DNA of 64,000 nt from Octopus vulgaris (lineage: Eukaryota). The notes under the pieces are model-generated. The model had not been told where the DNA came from. It worked only from the letters and a program-made list of their open reading frames with translations, and did no database searches. The DNA lies in NCBI GenBank assembly GCA_951406725.2, contig OX597824.1:76880001-76944000 (forward strand). The letters run 5' to 3'. Below, piece after piece: positions 25,780 through 40,205 of the stretch; within the stretch, counting starts at the first letter, position 1; each line of letters opens with the position of its first letter. A program made the translations under genes and the position numbers.

Positions 25780-26290
25780 TATGACACAGAAAAGATTCAG
25801 AATGGTTGCAGGTGTCTTCTGAAGATTGTATGATTTAACTCCTCTGTAAATCAAGTCACTAAGCTCTGTTTGTATACATTAATCATTGAGGTGATAATTC
25901 CCAGGGAAAAAAAGATCAGTAGAATCTATAAAGCTTCAGATATCTTCAACAGACATTGCCTTAGAACCATTCTAATAATTTCTAAGAATAGCCACAATGC
26001 AAATGAAGAAAATCACAGACAAAGCTAGGCTGAGTAACCTACAGAAAACAGCATGGTAAGATAGTGAAAAGCATTTGGTTATGTGCTCACTAGTCTCATG
26101 AAGAGACTAGTGAGAATCTCACTTGAGTGGGAGCAAGCCAGAAGATACACCTAGAAGTTGAGGACAGATCTGTCAAAACTTTTTCAAAGACTATGGGGTG
26201 GGAGCTGGCAGATATTAGCCTGACCGAAATGTAGGCTGGAGACAGGAGTTGCAGCCATACTGAGTGGAGATCTTTTGATATTTGATGTAC
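25780..26290 (+). pseudogene. Highly decayed RTE-like LINE 3' fragment
   Basis: Translates IFNRHCLRTILII, FGYVL and RISLEWE, resembling an RTE C-terminus. Confidence 0.5.
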
Positions 26291-26299
26291 CATAGAGAT

Positions 26300-26722
26300 C
26301 AGAAGGATGGGCTCCTGGATCTTAGGAGCCTTCCAGTCCAGAGAACAAGGTGTCATCATTCCACTTTTCTCCTCCTTTGTACAACCACACCTCGAATACT
26401 GTTGCCCCTTGTGGTCTCCCCACACAAAACAAAATAGCTCGAGGGTTGAATAACCTCAGAGGGCACTCACTAAACGAATTGATTGCATGACTGATCTTGA
26501 TTATTGGGACCGCCTTAAAGCCTGAAACTCTATTCTCTCCAGTGCCGCCACAAGCAGTACATCATTTGTACAATGTGGAGAATATACTGCCGGCATTGCC
26601 CAAACGACCTGAACATTAGTTTCAAGGTTCATCCAAGGCTGAAACCAAGGGCCGTACATCCCTTCCCAATTCAGGATCACAGCATATAGGTACACAGCAT
26701 ATAGGTACATTCTTCAACAGGA
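26300..26722 (+). pseudogene. CR1/L2-group LINE ORF2 C-terminal fragment
   Basis: WILGAFQSRE..LFSSFVQPHLEYCCPLWSPH..QRALTKRI..LDYWDRLK..LYSLQCR. Confidence 0.85.
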
Positions 26723-26755
<33 letters not shown>

Positions 26756-27352
26756 GTGATGATTTTGATGATGAGGATGATGATACTGATGCAGATGCTG
26801 CCAACACTGCCAATGACTGGGTTGATGGACAAGCTGCTATTGCAGCTGCTGATGATGGTGATGATGATGATGATGATGATGATGACAATGATGACAGTAA
26901 CAATGACCGGACAGTGATGATGACCAATAATGATGGTGATGGTGACGATGGTGGTGGTGGAAGAGGAGGTCAATGATGAAAATGTTAGCAAATATTCCTC
27001 CCATATGGATACTGAAAAATTAAGAAGATAGCAATTGGTGGAGACATTAGGAATGATTAACGAGAAGTATATTCATCTGAGATCAATAACATATCAAGTA
27101 ATTGCATATATTGATTGCCGAGATCTATTGAGTGATTCTACAAGTTCCAATTTGGAAAAAAAGGGGGGGAAACTATTAACTTTATACATAATAACATTAG
27201 GCTAAAGTTTCTCAGAGGGGTTCGTCATTATCATCATCATCATCATCATCATCATCGTCATTATCATCATCATCATCATCATCATCGTCGTCGTCGTCAT
27301 CATCATAATCATCATCATCATCATCATCGTCATCATCATCATCATCATCACC

Positions 27353-27409
<57 letters not shown>

Positions 27410-27448
27410 GCCATCGTCATCATCATCATCATCATCATCATCATCGTC

Positions 27449-27508
<60 letters not shown>

Positions 27509-27823
27509 GTCATCATCATCATCATCGTCATCGTCATCGTCATCATCATCATCATCGTCATCATCATCGTCGCTGTCGTCGTCATCGTAATTGTTTTAAA
27601 GTCCACTTCTCTATGCTGGCATGGGTTGGATGGATTTTTATTAAAGCAGATTTTTTATGACCAAATGCCCTTCCTCTTGTTGCTGGGCTGCACCTTTTTT
27701 TCCAAGCAAGGTAAAATTCCTCTCCATGACCAGACATGTTTTTGCGAAAGATTGGAACTGAACAACACGCCTTATATGATGGTGACAATTACAACTACCT
27801 CACAATGTCAAGGGGAGGAGACA

Positions 27824-27861
<38 letters not shown>

Positions 27862-27869
27862 TTTATATA

Positions 27870-28800
27870 TGATGGTCTTTCAATTTCCATCGACCAAATC
27901 TACTCACAATGTTTTGATCGGTTCAGGGCTTTAGCAGAAGACACTTGCCCAAGGTGCCAAGCGGTGGGATTGAACACAAAGGTACGACATCAGAAAGCAT
28001 ACTTCTCAACCACACAGCCACTCCTGATTGGTGTATTTTTTTTCTTTTATTTGTTGCAGCCATGCTGGAGCACTGCCTTTAGTCGATCAAATCGACCTCA
28101 GGACTTCTTCTTTGTAAGCCTAGTACTTAATCCATCGATCTCTTAGGCAGAACCGCTAAGCTACGAGGACATAAACACACCAGCATCGGTTGTCAAGCGA
28201 TGTTGGTGGGGAACAAACACAGACACACAAACACATACATATATATATATATATGATGGGCTTCTTTCAGTTTCTGTCTACCAAATCCACTCACAAGGCT
28301 TTGGTCGGCCCGAGGCTATAGTAGAAGACACTTGCCCAAGGTGCCATGCAGTGGGACTGAACCCAGAACCATGTGGTTGGTAAGCATGCTATTTACCACA
28401 CAGCCACTCCTGTGCCTATATGACGAGTATCTATTTTCTCAGCACCTGTGGGTGAAAGACCTGGAACTGGAAGTGAGGGGAAATGACATCCCTTCAAGAA
28501 GCAGCTGGTTCAAAACAATCTCCTTCTTTCAGGTGTGTTGTGAAGGTCGGACATATGTCTGGGAGTGATCTTAGGGTAGCAGTCCTTGCTGGCTGGAGCT
28601 TGGGTAGAGGGCACATGAAGATACAACAGTTAAGTTTTGCTGGCTTCTTTCAGTTTCCATCTACCAAATCCACTCACAAAGCTTTGGTCGGCCCGTAGCT
28701 ATAGTAGAAGACATTTGCCCACGGTGCGATGCAGTGGGAATGAACCCAGAACCATGTGGTTGGTAAGCAAGCTACTTACCATACAGCCACTCCTGCACCT
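27870..28800 (-). mobile_element. Cluster of three SINE family A copies (about 27870-28025, 28045-28412, 28641-28800)
   Basis: Reverse-complement family A heads and body. Confidence 0.85.
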
Positions 28801-29029
28801 AGTAGTATGTATTTTTCTGTACATTGAGGGTGCAGTCTGTCACATTGCGACCACTATATTTATGTCCCTTTTTAATTTCATACCAGTCACTCATATGTCA
28901 TGCGAGGTGGTCATGAATTTCTCCCAAAACAATGAGCCTACACCTGTTCCTTTCATTATATTTTAGTCTCTTCCCACTTCACATAAACCCACATCCTTCT
29001 TTACTGTTCTCCCTCTCAATTAAAGAAAT

Positions 29030-29270
29030 TCTTTCATCTTGTAAGTTGCAAGGTGACCCCATTAATGTAAAGCACCATGGAAAACAAAAACTGCCTCCCA
29101 GTACACTCTGTAAAGTGGCCGGCATCGGGAAGTGTCACCAGCCATAGAAACTACACCAATATCAAAATGCTGAAGCAAAGCTTGAACCTCTGATCCATTG
29201 GGCTTTGACACAACATCCAACACATGCCAGCATGGAAAGCACACATGAAATGATGATGATGATGATGATA
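29030..29270 (+). mobile_element. RTE-type element, degenerate
   Basis: TACACTCTGTAAAGTGG..CATGCCAGCATGGAAAGC..(GAT)n. Confidence 0.7.
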
Positions 29271-29783
29271 AACATCATGATCAGGATCATGACAATGTTT
29301 TGTCACAAGGAGGGCACTGCGTTAAGTGGAATTTTTAGGGCATCTGACACAAGTAGATAGGAAAGATAAAAAGTTGGTCTATATATATTTAGTGAAATGT
29401 ATTTGACATTACAGTGATTTTGTGCCTCAAGTTTCTACGTAAGCTTTCATTTGAGGATGGAAATACTTGTAATTAAGATGTGATTAACAACCAACTTATT
29501 AATCTCAACCTATTTCCAAAGCAAGATTATATTTTCCCTTTGTCCTTTGGAAATGAAACAGCATTGCAGATAATTGCAAATAAGCAACATAAATTTCTGT
29601 GACAGTGATATTTGTCTCCTTGCGACTATTGTGTTATATCAAGCCAAGGAAACACAAGGAGTCAAAAATACATCCCCGTACACATATGTAGACACACACA
29701 CACACACACTACTTGTGCCAGTGTGGACAATGGACGTTAAATGATGATGATGATAATGATGACATATATATATATATATATAT

Positions 29784-29854
<71 letters not shown>

Positions 29855-29855
29855 T

Positions 29856-30206
29856 GGTTACCAACATTGCCTTATTGGTAGTTGTGCTGGTGGCACATGA
29901 AAAAACATTCGAGCGAGATCATTTCCAGTGCTGCTGGACTGGCACCTGTGCAGGTGGCATGTAAAAAACACCATTTGAGCATGGCTGTTGCCAGTACTGC
30001 CTGACGGGCCCTCGTGCCAGTGGCATGTAAAAGCACCCACTACACTCTCGGAGTGGTTGGCGTTAGGAAGGGCATCCAGCTGTAGAAACTCAGCCAGATC
30101 AGATTGGAGCCTGGTGCGGCCATCTGATTTACCAGTCCTCAGTCAAATCGTCCAACCCATGCCAGCATGGAAAGAGGACGTTAAACGATGATGATGATGA
30201 TGATGA

Positions 30207-30210
<4 letters not shown>
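29856..30210 (+). mobile_element. RTE-type non-autonomous element
   Basis: Family core and (GAT)n tail. Confidence 0.85.
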
Positions 30211-30251
<41 letters not shown>

Positions 30252-30585
30252 GGAACAAAAACACAATAGAGAACTATAAAACATTTGGCTAGATAGATGA
30301 TACAAAGATGGACTGGAGAAACAGTAATTAGAAGGATAGGGTTAAAAAGGACAGGTCATTCGTAACCTTCTTTCTTCAGTCAAGTTACCAGATATCCTTA
30401 CTGTTTTGGGCAGTTACACTTGAGACAGTTCAATCTGGTTCACACATACAAATATATATAAAGGGAACTAACATGGGATTTAAAATTCACAGCAGTTGTT
30501 TCGGTAGAATTTTATTGATGTATTGATGGATTACATTATAACACATAATCCACTAATTTTAGGTAAAATTTTAAACAGGTATAAA

Positions 30586-30683
30586 CAGGTGAGATAATAA
30601 CTTGAACATGACAAATTTTACTAACATTCTTTGATACCTATCCAATAATGTTAGTTGGATTTGTCACAATCTTATCTCACCTG
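30586..30683. repeat. Imperfect foldback
   Basis: CAGGTGAGATAA..TGACAAAT..ACTAACATT pairs with AATGTTAGT..ATTTGTCA..TTATCTCACCTG. Confidence 0.65.
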
Positions 30684-30948
30684 GCTGTAATGATTTTGAA
30701 TACGGTTATTTGGTTTGACTTCATAATTACAACTTACATATAAATATAAATATATATGCATGAGTGAATAGGAAAGTCTACTTTTTTTTGTTGTGAGCTT
30801 ATGTGATCCATTATTAGAATATTTTCCTTAGTCATGGCACAGTGATTGCTATAAGCTTTAAGTGTATATAAATACCATTATCATTATTTACAGGATTGTA
30901 AAACTCGGCACTGTATAACAAAACCATTCATATATCTATCTATCTATC

Positions 30949-30982
<34 letters not shown>

Positions 30983-31012
30983 CACACATACGCACATACA
31001 TACATACATGCA

Positions 31013-31048
<36 letters not shown>

Positions 31049-31264
31049 TACATATATACATATATATATACATATATACATATGTACATGCATATATATA
31101 TATACACATGTTTATACTTATTTATTTGCACACACACACACATATATGTACACATATACATATATACATGCAAATATATACATATGTTTATACTTATTTA
31201 TACACACACACACACACATATATATATATGTATACACATATACGTACATACATACATATATACA

Positions 31265-31305
<41 letters not shown>

Positions 31306-31335
31306 CACATATACATATATACATACATATATACA

Positions 31336-31372
<37 letters not shown>

Positions 31373-31390
31373 GTTAATACTTATTTGTAT

Positions 31391-31427
<37 letters not shown>

Positions 31428-31848
31428 CACACACATATACATATATATATACATATATACATGCATATATACATATATGTTTATATTTATTTATATATAT
31501 ATATATATATAATTGATCATATCACCTTGTCAGATATTAAAATGGTTTCCCACCTCATTCAATCTCTTCAGTCAAACTGCTCAATAGCATACACCCATAA
31601 GGGCTGAGGAGGACTTTGAAAACCAGCTGATGATGTACAAGATCAACGAGATATTAGATCAAACATGAGTAACAAGTTGCCATATTTGATGTCTTCACAG
31701 TCCAAAGCTTGTGGAAATTGCACATGCATAATTTGCCATGTGCTGCACAAGCGATTTGATAATTGCAGATGCAGTGGTAAGAATTTGAGTGAGTACGATT
31801 GTGGTTGCATGAAATTTTGTAATGGTGATGTGTGCAGTTATATGGAAG

Positions 31849-32229
31849 CACTCCGTCGGTTACGACGATGAGGGTTCCGGTTGATCTGAATCAACGGAAC
31901 AGCCTGCTCGTGAAATTAACGTGTAAGTGGCTGAGCACTCCACAGACATGTGTACCCTTAACATAGTTCTCGGGGATATTCAGCGTGACACAGAGAGTGA
32001 CAAGGCCGGCCCTTTGAAATACAGGTACAACAGAAACAGGAAGTAAGAGTGAGAGAAAGTTGTGGTGAAAGAGTACAGCAGGGATCACCACCATCCCCTG
32101 CCAGAGCCTCGTGGAGCTTTTAGGTGTTTTCGCTCAATAAACACTCACAACGCCCGGTCTCGGAATCGAAACCGCGATCCTATGACCGCGAGTCTGCTGC
32201 CCTAACCACTGGGCCATTGCACCTCCACT
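31849..32229 (-). mobile_element. Full-length tRNA-derived SINE family C
   Basis: Minus strand AATGGCCCAGTGGTTAGGGCAGCAGACTCGCGG..GGTTTCGATTCC head; head fragment at about 11378-11450 and a relative at 63690-63965. Confidence 0.85.
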
Positions 32230-32622
32230 ATGCAGTTATATATATATAAAAAAAAATATAGATATATTTATGGATCCATACATAGAAACACTCATACGTT
32301 TGCTTGCTTGCATGCAGATGTTTACAATGTTAAAGTGAGAGGAAATAAAAGAGATTTAAATGCCTACAGTGAGATATATATATGAATATATTTTACATAC
32401 CTGTGAACACACTTTCATGAGCATACACGCACACTTCTATACAGACACACTTACGAGAACACAAATTCACAGGCTCATATATGTACATATGTATATGTGC
32501 TCGTGTGTGTGTGTATATATATATATATAATATGTATATGCATCTGTAATATGTATACATATATAATACGTATATATAATACGTACATTTATACAATATG
32601 CATATATACTATGTATATATAT

Positions 32623-32681
<59 letters not shown>

Positions 32682-32690
32682 TATACACAA

Positions 32691-32777
<87 letters not shown>

Positions 32778-32923
32778 TGCATATATACATACATGCATAC
32801 CTTTATATATATACATGTATATACATACATACATACATATATTTATACATATTTATATACATATATATATATATATACATATAGGCACACACACACATAT
32901 ATATACATACTTGATCACTTCAC

Positions 32924-32962
<39 letters not shown>

Positions 32963-33494
32963 CACAAATACATATATTTAATAACAATTTGAATTAGTTT
33001 CATACGACTAAAGCATTTTGTTGTCTTGTAGGACATTGTCCTACATGTAACGACCTACATGTTATGTGATGCATGTAGGGCATGGAATGTAGAACCAAGT
33101 CAACCTGTTATTTGATAGGCATAACTCCAAACAAAGTGCTACTTTTCTGCATTTGTCCACTCACACACACACAAAGACACACACTCACACACTCAAATGC
33201 ATGTATCATATATATGTTACAAGTATTGTATGGAACTAGGATATTGTAAAGAAGTCCTTGGTATTTAGCAGTTATTTTACTAAAATATGAAATACATTTA
33301 TTGTATTCTTACGTTATATATACTCTGTTTTATCACTTTTAGAGTGTCTAGCATTTCTTAAGACCAAGTATATGACAGACAACAAAGATCAGTTAATTTT
33401 ACTATCATATGAAAATATATGGCACTCTGTTGGCTAGGACCCTTAAGGTTCCAGGTGATCTAAATGATTAGGTATACTAGGTAAGTGCTGTAAT

Positions 33495-33550
33495 GGATTA
33501 CTGATGACAGAATATCCCATACTCGAGGATATCCCAGAAACAGCTCCAAG
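33495..33550 (+). ncRNA. Degenerate hammerhead-like motif
   Basis: CTGATGA 33501-33507, ATATCC/GGATAT stem, GAAA-CAGCT at 33537; cleavage triplet and stem I not intact. Confidence 0.35.
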
Positions 33551-33650
33551 ATTTTGAATTTCTTCCTGTAATAATATTGTATATGACTCGAGAATTTTGC
33601 CCTGCCTCAATGTTTGACATCCTGTTTAACAATTATATATATATACATAC

Positions 33651-33702
<52 letters not shown>

Positions 33703-33816
33703 GTACACACACACACACATATGTACACACACACACACACATATATATATGTCTATATATATATATATGTGTGTATATATGTATGTATATATATGAGCAA
33801 CTCTCTCTCCCTTTTC

Positions 33817-33847
<31 letters not shown>

Positions 33848-33910
33848 AAATATATATATATATATTTTATTAAAAAAAATATTAAATAAATAAATGAATA
33901 AATAATAAAA

Positions 33911-33960
<50 letters not shown>

Positions 33961-34543
33961 TCATAAAAATAAATTAATAATTTTAAATTTTTAACTTTGA
34001 ATTTAAATAATTTAAATTTTAAATTTTGTATTTTATATATTTTGTATATTATATTAATTATTTTTATTTCTATGTTTTGGTTTATGTTTTTCACTGTTTG
34101 GTTTGCCTAATAGTGGTTTTATCCCTAATTTATATATATATATATATATATAAACTATGGACATGTTTTGACCACCAAAGAGAAGATACACTGTTTTTAC
34201 TTTAAATTTTTTAAAGTTTTTATTAACATTTGATATGATGAACATTCAGCATTGAAACTGGTAGTATTCTATACTTTCTTTATATAATTTTAAAATCATT
34301 TTATTAAATTCTTTCTAAATTGAAATGTCTTAGATTTACTTCTGTGCTGTTTCCACCTCCTAAACCTTTTTTTTTATTTTCTCTCTCTGCTCTCTGTTTA
34401 TTTCAGTGTCCCTTTCTGTTGAAGAGCATAGGCTCAAAATGTAAAAGACTTTCTCACTTCCTGAGCATTAAACTAATACATCAGTTTGGTGTTTACACAC
34501 CTGTCTTCATCTTTTGTTTTGTTTATTTTTTGTAAATTCCAAC

Positions 34544-34579
<36 letters not shown>

Positions 34580-34756
34580 ATAGTGGTACAGTAATGCACC
34601 AATTTTTACTAGAAATAGCAGTCAATAACATATGACACTATTGTAAAGCTTCACTGTACATATATAGTAGCAAAGATGTTTGCAGGCGGTGAACATAAAA
34701 TATTTCATCTTACCTGTAGGAAGAACATTAAATAAATGTACAACCCAGATGTGGTT

Positions 34757-34831
34757 AATTTAGACCTAAGTTTCGAACTTACCAAATTACATTTGCTAAC
34801 GTAAATTTGATTAGTTCTCTTCAGCTAGATT
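34757..34831 (-). ncRNA. Hammerhead ribozyme-like motif with intact core
   Basis: Minus strand CTGAAGA-GAACT..TCAAATT/AATTTGG..AGTTC-GAAA-CTTAG-GTC; stem I is imperfect. Confidence 0.55.
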
Positions 34832-35019
34832 CGCCTAGACAAAATTTAGCTAATTTATTTCTTTCCAGCTCCAACTCAGCCATTGTTAGCCCCTTTTCTC
34901 TTCCATAACGTTGCTCCTCAGCAGCAAAACCCCTTTTTTTTATTCTGGAACCTCCTCCTTTCTTAGCATATAGCTCCCCACCCACTCTCTCTCTTTCTTT
35001 ACATTAGCCCCGCTCAGTC

Positions 35020-35245
35020 AAAGGGAGTCTTAGTCTTGTAAGCTGCATGGTGACCCCCACCAACTGCTCATGTTGTCATGAAGGAAAGAGACTCGGTGCA
35101 TTCTGTAAAATGGCTGACATTAGGGAGGACCTCGTTTCGTAGGAAACAATGCCAAAGCAGAAACACTGGAACGCAATGCAGTTCTCAAACTCATTGGATC
35201 CTGCCAAACCATCCGAACCATGCCAGCATGGAACATGGACACCAA

Positions 35246-35295
<50 letters not shown>

Positions 35296-35310
35296 GGTGG
35301 TGGTGGTGGT
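35020..35310 (+). mobile_element. RTE-type element, degenerate
   Basis: CCATGCCAGCATGGAACATGGAC-(GAT)n(GGT)n. Confidence 0.7.
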
Positions 35311-35659
35311 GACGTATTGGTCTTGTGCAACATATGCCACAAACCAAGTAGTTATCAGACTGCAGGATTTGTGTGCAGTTACCTTCTCTTAGTTGAGCAT
35401 CAAAGGAGCTGAAGGGCCTTATCTGTCCTGCATGCATTGTGTTGTCTGCGAGTAACCTTCAGGCATGGCTTGAGAAGGAACAAACAAGTTTTACGGCAGA
35501 ATGTCCTTGCAACGAAATATCCATACAGTGAATTGTCTTATGGTAAATAGTCCAATGACCAATTGTTCTATGGCGGATTTGTTTACCACAAATTCACCAT
35601 TCACCTTTTATCTTAACACTAAAATAATTCTAGTTTTGTACCATACAAATGCATTCACT

Positions 35660-36155
35660 TCATTCTTCATTCATTGTTCGACCGTGGTCGAGACAAAGGA
35701 ATTTACCATGCTACGCCAGACTTCACGGTCCATCATAGCATTACGGAGGTCCTGTTGCTGGATGCCTGTATCCCTGGAGATTACATCAGGGTAGGAGAGT
35801 GTGCGCCCTCTGGTATTGCGAGCAGATGGCTTCCAGAGAAGAGTAGAAATTACCTCATTTTCAGCTCTACAACAATGTCCAGCAAACTTGACTCTCTACC
35901 TTTCACAAGAGATGATACAGGTGGTAATTTCCCATATATTTGTACTTTGGTTGGATGACGCTTCCACGAGAGATTTTGAGCTCTCATAAGGAGGCGAGTG
36001 TAAGTTCCATCCAACCGCCTCTCATGCTTCTTTGATAATGTCCAGGTTCCAGAGCCATATAGCAGAATTGGTTTGATTGTGGCTTTGAAGATTTTAAGTT
36101 TCAAATCTCTACTTAGATTTGATGACCAGACCTTATGCATATCATTACAGGCTGC
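35660..36155 (-). pseudogene. RTE-clade LINE 3' end (ORF 35850-36140 is part of it)
   Basis: KLKIFKATIKPILLYGSGTWTLSKKHERRLDGTYTRLLMRAQNLSWKRH; (GAAT)n-like tail. Confidence 0.85.
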
Positions 36156-36971
36156 AGCTTGCCAAGACAGATGCTTGTTTATCTATTATGATGTGTGCAG
36201 TCTAGTATAAAACAGTTTGAACACCCTTCATACTTCGCTCAATGAACATAGATAGATAATCATTAAAATATTATGAGTAATAACTGTATGCTCTTTGTCA
36301 CAATTGGGAATATAAATCAAAACTTTAGCACCAAACACAGCTGGCAGGAAGTTATTGTTAGAGATATTATATTCATTTTGATTGTTTGTAGCTATAGATT
36401 ACGCTTGGCATCTTGTCAATTAGTGAAAATATTTCGGTCATTTCAGATATTGCATAAGAAACATTTGGTAATTCAAGCACATCTTGGAATTGCGTACACT
36501 TAATTATATTTTATTGCGTTTCTTGAAGTATAAGAGAATCAAGAGAATTCCAAGGCATTCAAAACAATATATTTGTTTCGCACAATGCCAACAACACATG
36601 CCCATATACACATATGCATGTGTGTATGCACACACAATGCATATATATGCACATATATGTGCATATGTATGCTTATATATATATATATAAATATATGCAA
36701 GAATATACAAGCAGTTAGTTTTACATGTGGATCTGGCTGTGTTGTGTATTTGAAATCGAAAGGCTGTCCCACTGATGAAACTGACCTTCAGCAAATATTG
36801 TTTTGCTGGAAATAGTTAGAAACCATGGTCTGGGAAATAATTGAGATGGTAAACGTTTTTAATTTTCATTCCTTTCAAAAATTTATCCTTATTTCGTGGT
36901 TTTGAATTTCCTACTGCTATTTCTAGCACAAGGCTTTACTATTTGGAAGCCTCTTCTTGTATTTCTATGTG

Positions 36972-37009
<38 letters not shown>

Positions 37010-37884
37010 TATATAAGAATATATACATATATATGCATAGTGCATACATATACAAAGACATACATGCATGCACATGCACACACACACACACACATATATA
37101 TATATACATGCATAGATACTTACACATAAATACATATATATACATACACCATAAATAGATGCGCATATTCATATTTACATATATATATATACGTACACAC
37201 ACACACACATACATATTTACATACATAAATATATACATACATACTTCTGTACATACATACACACCTGCACACACACACACACACACACGCACATACTCAT
37301 ACATACACATATATGTACAAATGTCACTGCAAAGTCTTTATATGATCCGGATGACTTTGAACAAAAAAAAATATTTCTGTTTCTTCATATTGCCAATTTC
37401 CCCAAGACTTTTCCATATAAAGGAATCTAGAATGAAGAACTCTGGCAAATTGTTCAAATTTCTCAAACCATTGACATGCAGGTAACATATCCATTGATCA
37501 CAGAATTAGCTTAACGGAATTTTTGAGCTTTCTTATTTGATTATAATTATATTTTTTAATTATGTGGAGGGAAGGGGTGTAATAATGACAATTTTTAATA
37601 GATTAAAAAAAATTTCTTTTTTTTTGTTTTTCTCAAAATGAAATGTGTAATTGTATTTGTCAAATATACATTTATGTGTGTGTTTGTGTGGGTGTGTGTA
37701 TATGTATGTGTTATATACATAAGTATATACATATACATATATAATTATACACACACACACATGCACACATACACTCACACATGCACACATACATACACAC
37801 ATGCACACATACACACACATGTACACACACACACACATGCACACATGCACACACAAATATACATATATATATATATAAAATAAT

Positions 37885-38100
37885 GATTTCAAATTTTGGC
37901 TTAAGGCCATTAATTTCAGAGGATGGGGTAAGTTGATTATACTGACCCCAATGCACAACTGGTACTTATTTTGTCGACCCCAAAAGGATGAACGGCAAAG
38001 TTGACCTTGGTGGAATTTGAACTTAGAACATGAAGCTGGATGAAGTACCACCAAGCATTTTGCCCTGGCATTCTAAAAATTATCTCACCTTGCCACCTTT
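37885..38100 (-). mobile_element. SINE family M
   Basis: CTGGTACTTATTTTGTCGACCCCAAAAGGATGAACGGCAAAGTTGACC. Confidence 0.8.
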
Positions 38101-38649
38101 ATATATGGAAATAATTATACATATATGTATATACATACATATACGTATACATAAATGCACACACACACACACATACACATAGATGCACACACATGTTGGT
38201 GATGAAAATAAGTGTTTAGTAAATATAAGAATGTTTTTCATGCAAGTGTCTAGGAAAATCACTGAATGAAATATGGGGAAATTTAAATTTAAGAGTAAAA
38301 ATATAGAAATATATAAAAATAACTTAAAAAATAATGGCATGGGGAAAAGATCATGGCACACATATAGATAACCATACACATTCTATAATCACTGTACATC
38401 AGCAAGGACTTTCGTTACTGATAAAAGAAATGTAAATATATATAAACATACATACATACATACATATGTATATATACATATATGCATATATACATACGTA
38501 TATGTACATACCTACATATATATGTATATATACATGCATATATGGATGTAGGTATGTACATATATGTATGTATATATGCATATATTTATATATTATTTAT
38601 ATTATTATATGATTGAACGCCACACGTCCTTTTCAAAGTAAGTTTTATC

Positions 38650-38687
<38 letters not shown>

Positions 38688-38823
38688 AATTTATATTATT
38701 AAAAAATAATAAATTAAACTGATTATAACTACCAGTGAAGTCATTCTTTTTCTTTTTTTATATATACCCAACTGTAGCAAGGATCTCATACATTTTCCAA
38801 TATATATATATATATATAAAATC

Positions 38824-38986
38824 ATAGTGGCATTTTCATATAAGCTTAAAACTTATGGCTGTCACTGTGCTATGAGTAAGGACAATAGTCTAATAAAGGG
38901 GCATATAAGACTATTATTAGACTATTTTCCTTAGTCGTTGCACTGTGATCGCTATAAGCTTTAAGCTTATATAAAAATACCATTAT
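38824..38986. repeat. Imperfect foldback element; partial relative at about 30813-30930
   Basis: ATATAAGCTTAAA..AATAGTCTAATAA pairs with TTATTAGACTATT..TTTAAGCTTATAT. Confidence 0.75.
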
Positions 38987-39235
38987 TATTATTATTTACA
39001 GGATTGTAAAAACAGTGGTGTATAAAAAAACCATTCGCACCTCACCAACATCAGCAGGTGAAAGTTGACCAGTATGAAACCATTACTCATTTTACTGTGG
39101 TGATGTCATAACATTTTAGCCCTGTTGATTCCGACCCACCTGAGACCATTCTATGATACAAACTTACTGTTTTAAAGTCTAAAGCAAAATCTTCCCATAA
39201 AAATTTCAACTTGATTTATGTTTTCTACATATGCT

Positions 39236-39462
39236 TAACCCTTTAGCTATTAAACCAACTATATTTGGCCCCAGATGTTCTTCCTGTTGGATGTTCAAAC
39301 CAGCCGGATCCGGGGTCTCACACCTATCCAACAACGTCATTCTAAAAATAAACAGTCACTTCATTGAAATCTCAAAGCTATGAGATCATGCATGATTAAT
39401 CCAAAACGGTGTGAATAAATAGATATTACATTTGACGGAATAATCTCGATGTTAAAGGGTTA
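39236..39462. mobile_element. piggyBac-like MITE nested in an older piggyBac-like MITE (about 39115-40060)
   Basis: TTAA-CCCTTTAGC...GTTAAAGGG-TTA. Confidence 0.75.
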
Positions 39463-39975
39463 CCATAAATCCTCGAGTATAGTCCGCCCTTGAGTATAAT
39501 ATGCAGGGGATTTTTAGGGGCTGTATCTCTGAAAAACTTAAACCTTGTGTATAATACGCACCCCTTCTCTAACTTGAGTCAAGGAGGTCTATATAATGTC
39601 CTTGGTTTGTAAAAAATGTATACGATAATGTACTTTATTATTATTTTATATATAATATAATGCAAACATGTAGCATTTTTGTTCATTTTGTTTGCAGAAA
39701 ATGAAGAAATAACAATAATAACGTTTAATAAATGTTGCTAACTGCAAGTTATGGATGATTCTTTTATGATTTCATTGCTTTCAGGCTAAGCTTAAGGTAT
39801 TTTTGCACCCGACATCACAAAATGCATCTGAATAAACATTGTTGGACAGCAAATAGGGACTTGGACATTGCTTAGAAAATAATTTTCATATTTAACCTCA
39901 TGTATAATACACACTAGGGTATTTTGACCTTTAGATTTTGTGGAAAAAATGTGGATTATTCTCGAGGATTTACGG
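39463..39975. mobile_element. Tc1/mariner-pogo (Tigger-like) non-autonomous element with TA target duplication
   Basis: TA-CCATAAATCCTCGAGTATAGTCC ... GGATTATTCTCGAGGATTTACGG-TA. Confidence 0.85.
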
Positions 39976-40154
39976 TAATTTACTTTACAAACTTATTCAT
40001 ATTTTCAAAATCAACTGAAATGAAATCATTGTATTTGAAGAGAAATATTGATAACAAGTGTGGAAATTTGAGAAAACTCAAATAACTATTTCTCGGTCTA
40101 GAATCCATAAATTTAAACATGGTCAACTTTCACCTCCTCCTCCTCCTCATCATC

Positions 40155-40205
<51 letters not shown>

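Noticed and set aside
31665-31871. Cys-rich 68-aa ORF
   Set aside because: No recognisable Cys spacing or signal peptide, and it runs into a SINE tail; probably chance.
32150-32229. tRNA-like sequences (also at 4377, 45860-45930, 62153 and 63690)
   Set aside because: They are SINE heads joined to family bodies and do not form complete cloverleafs.
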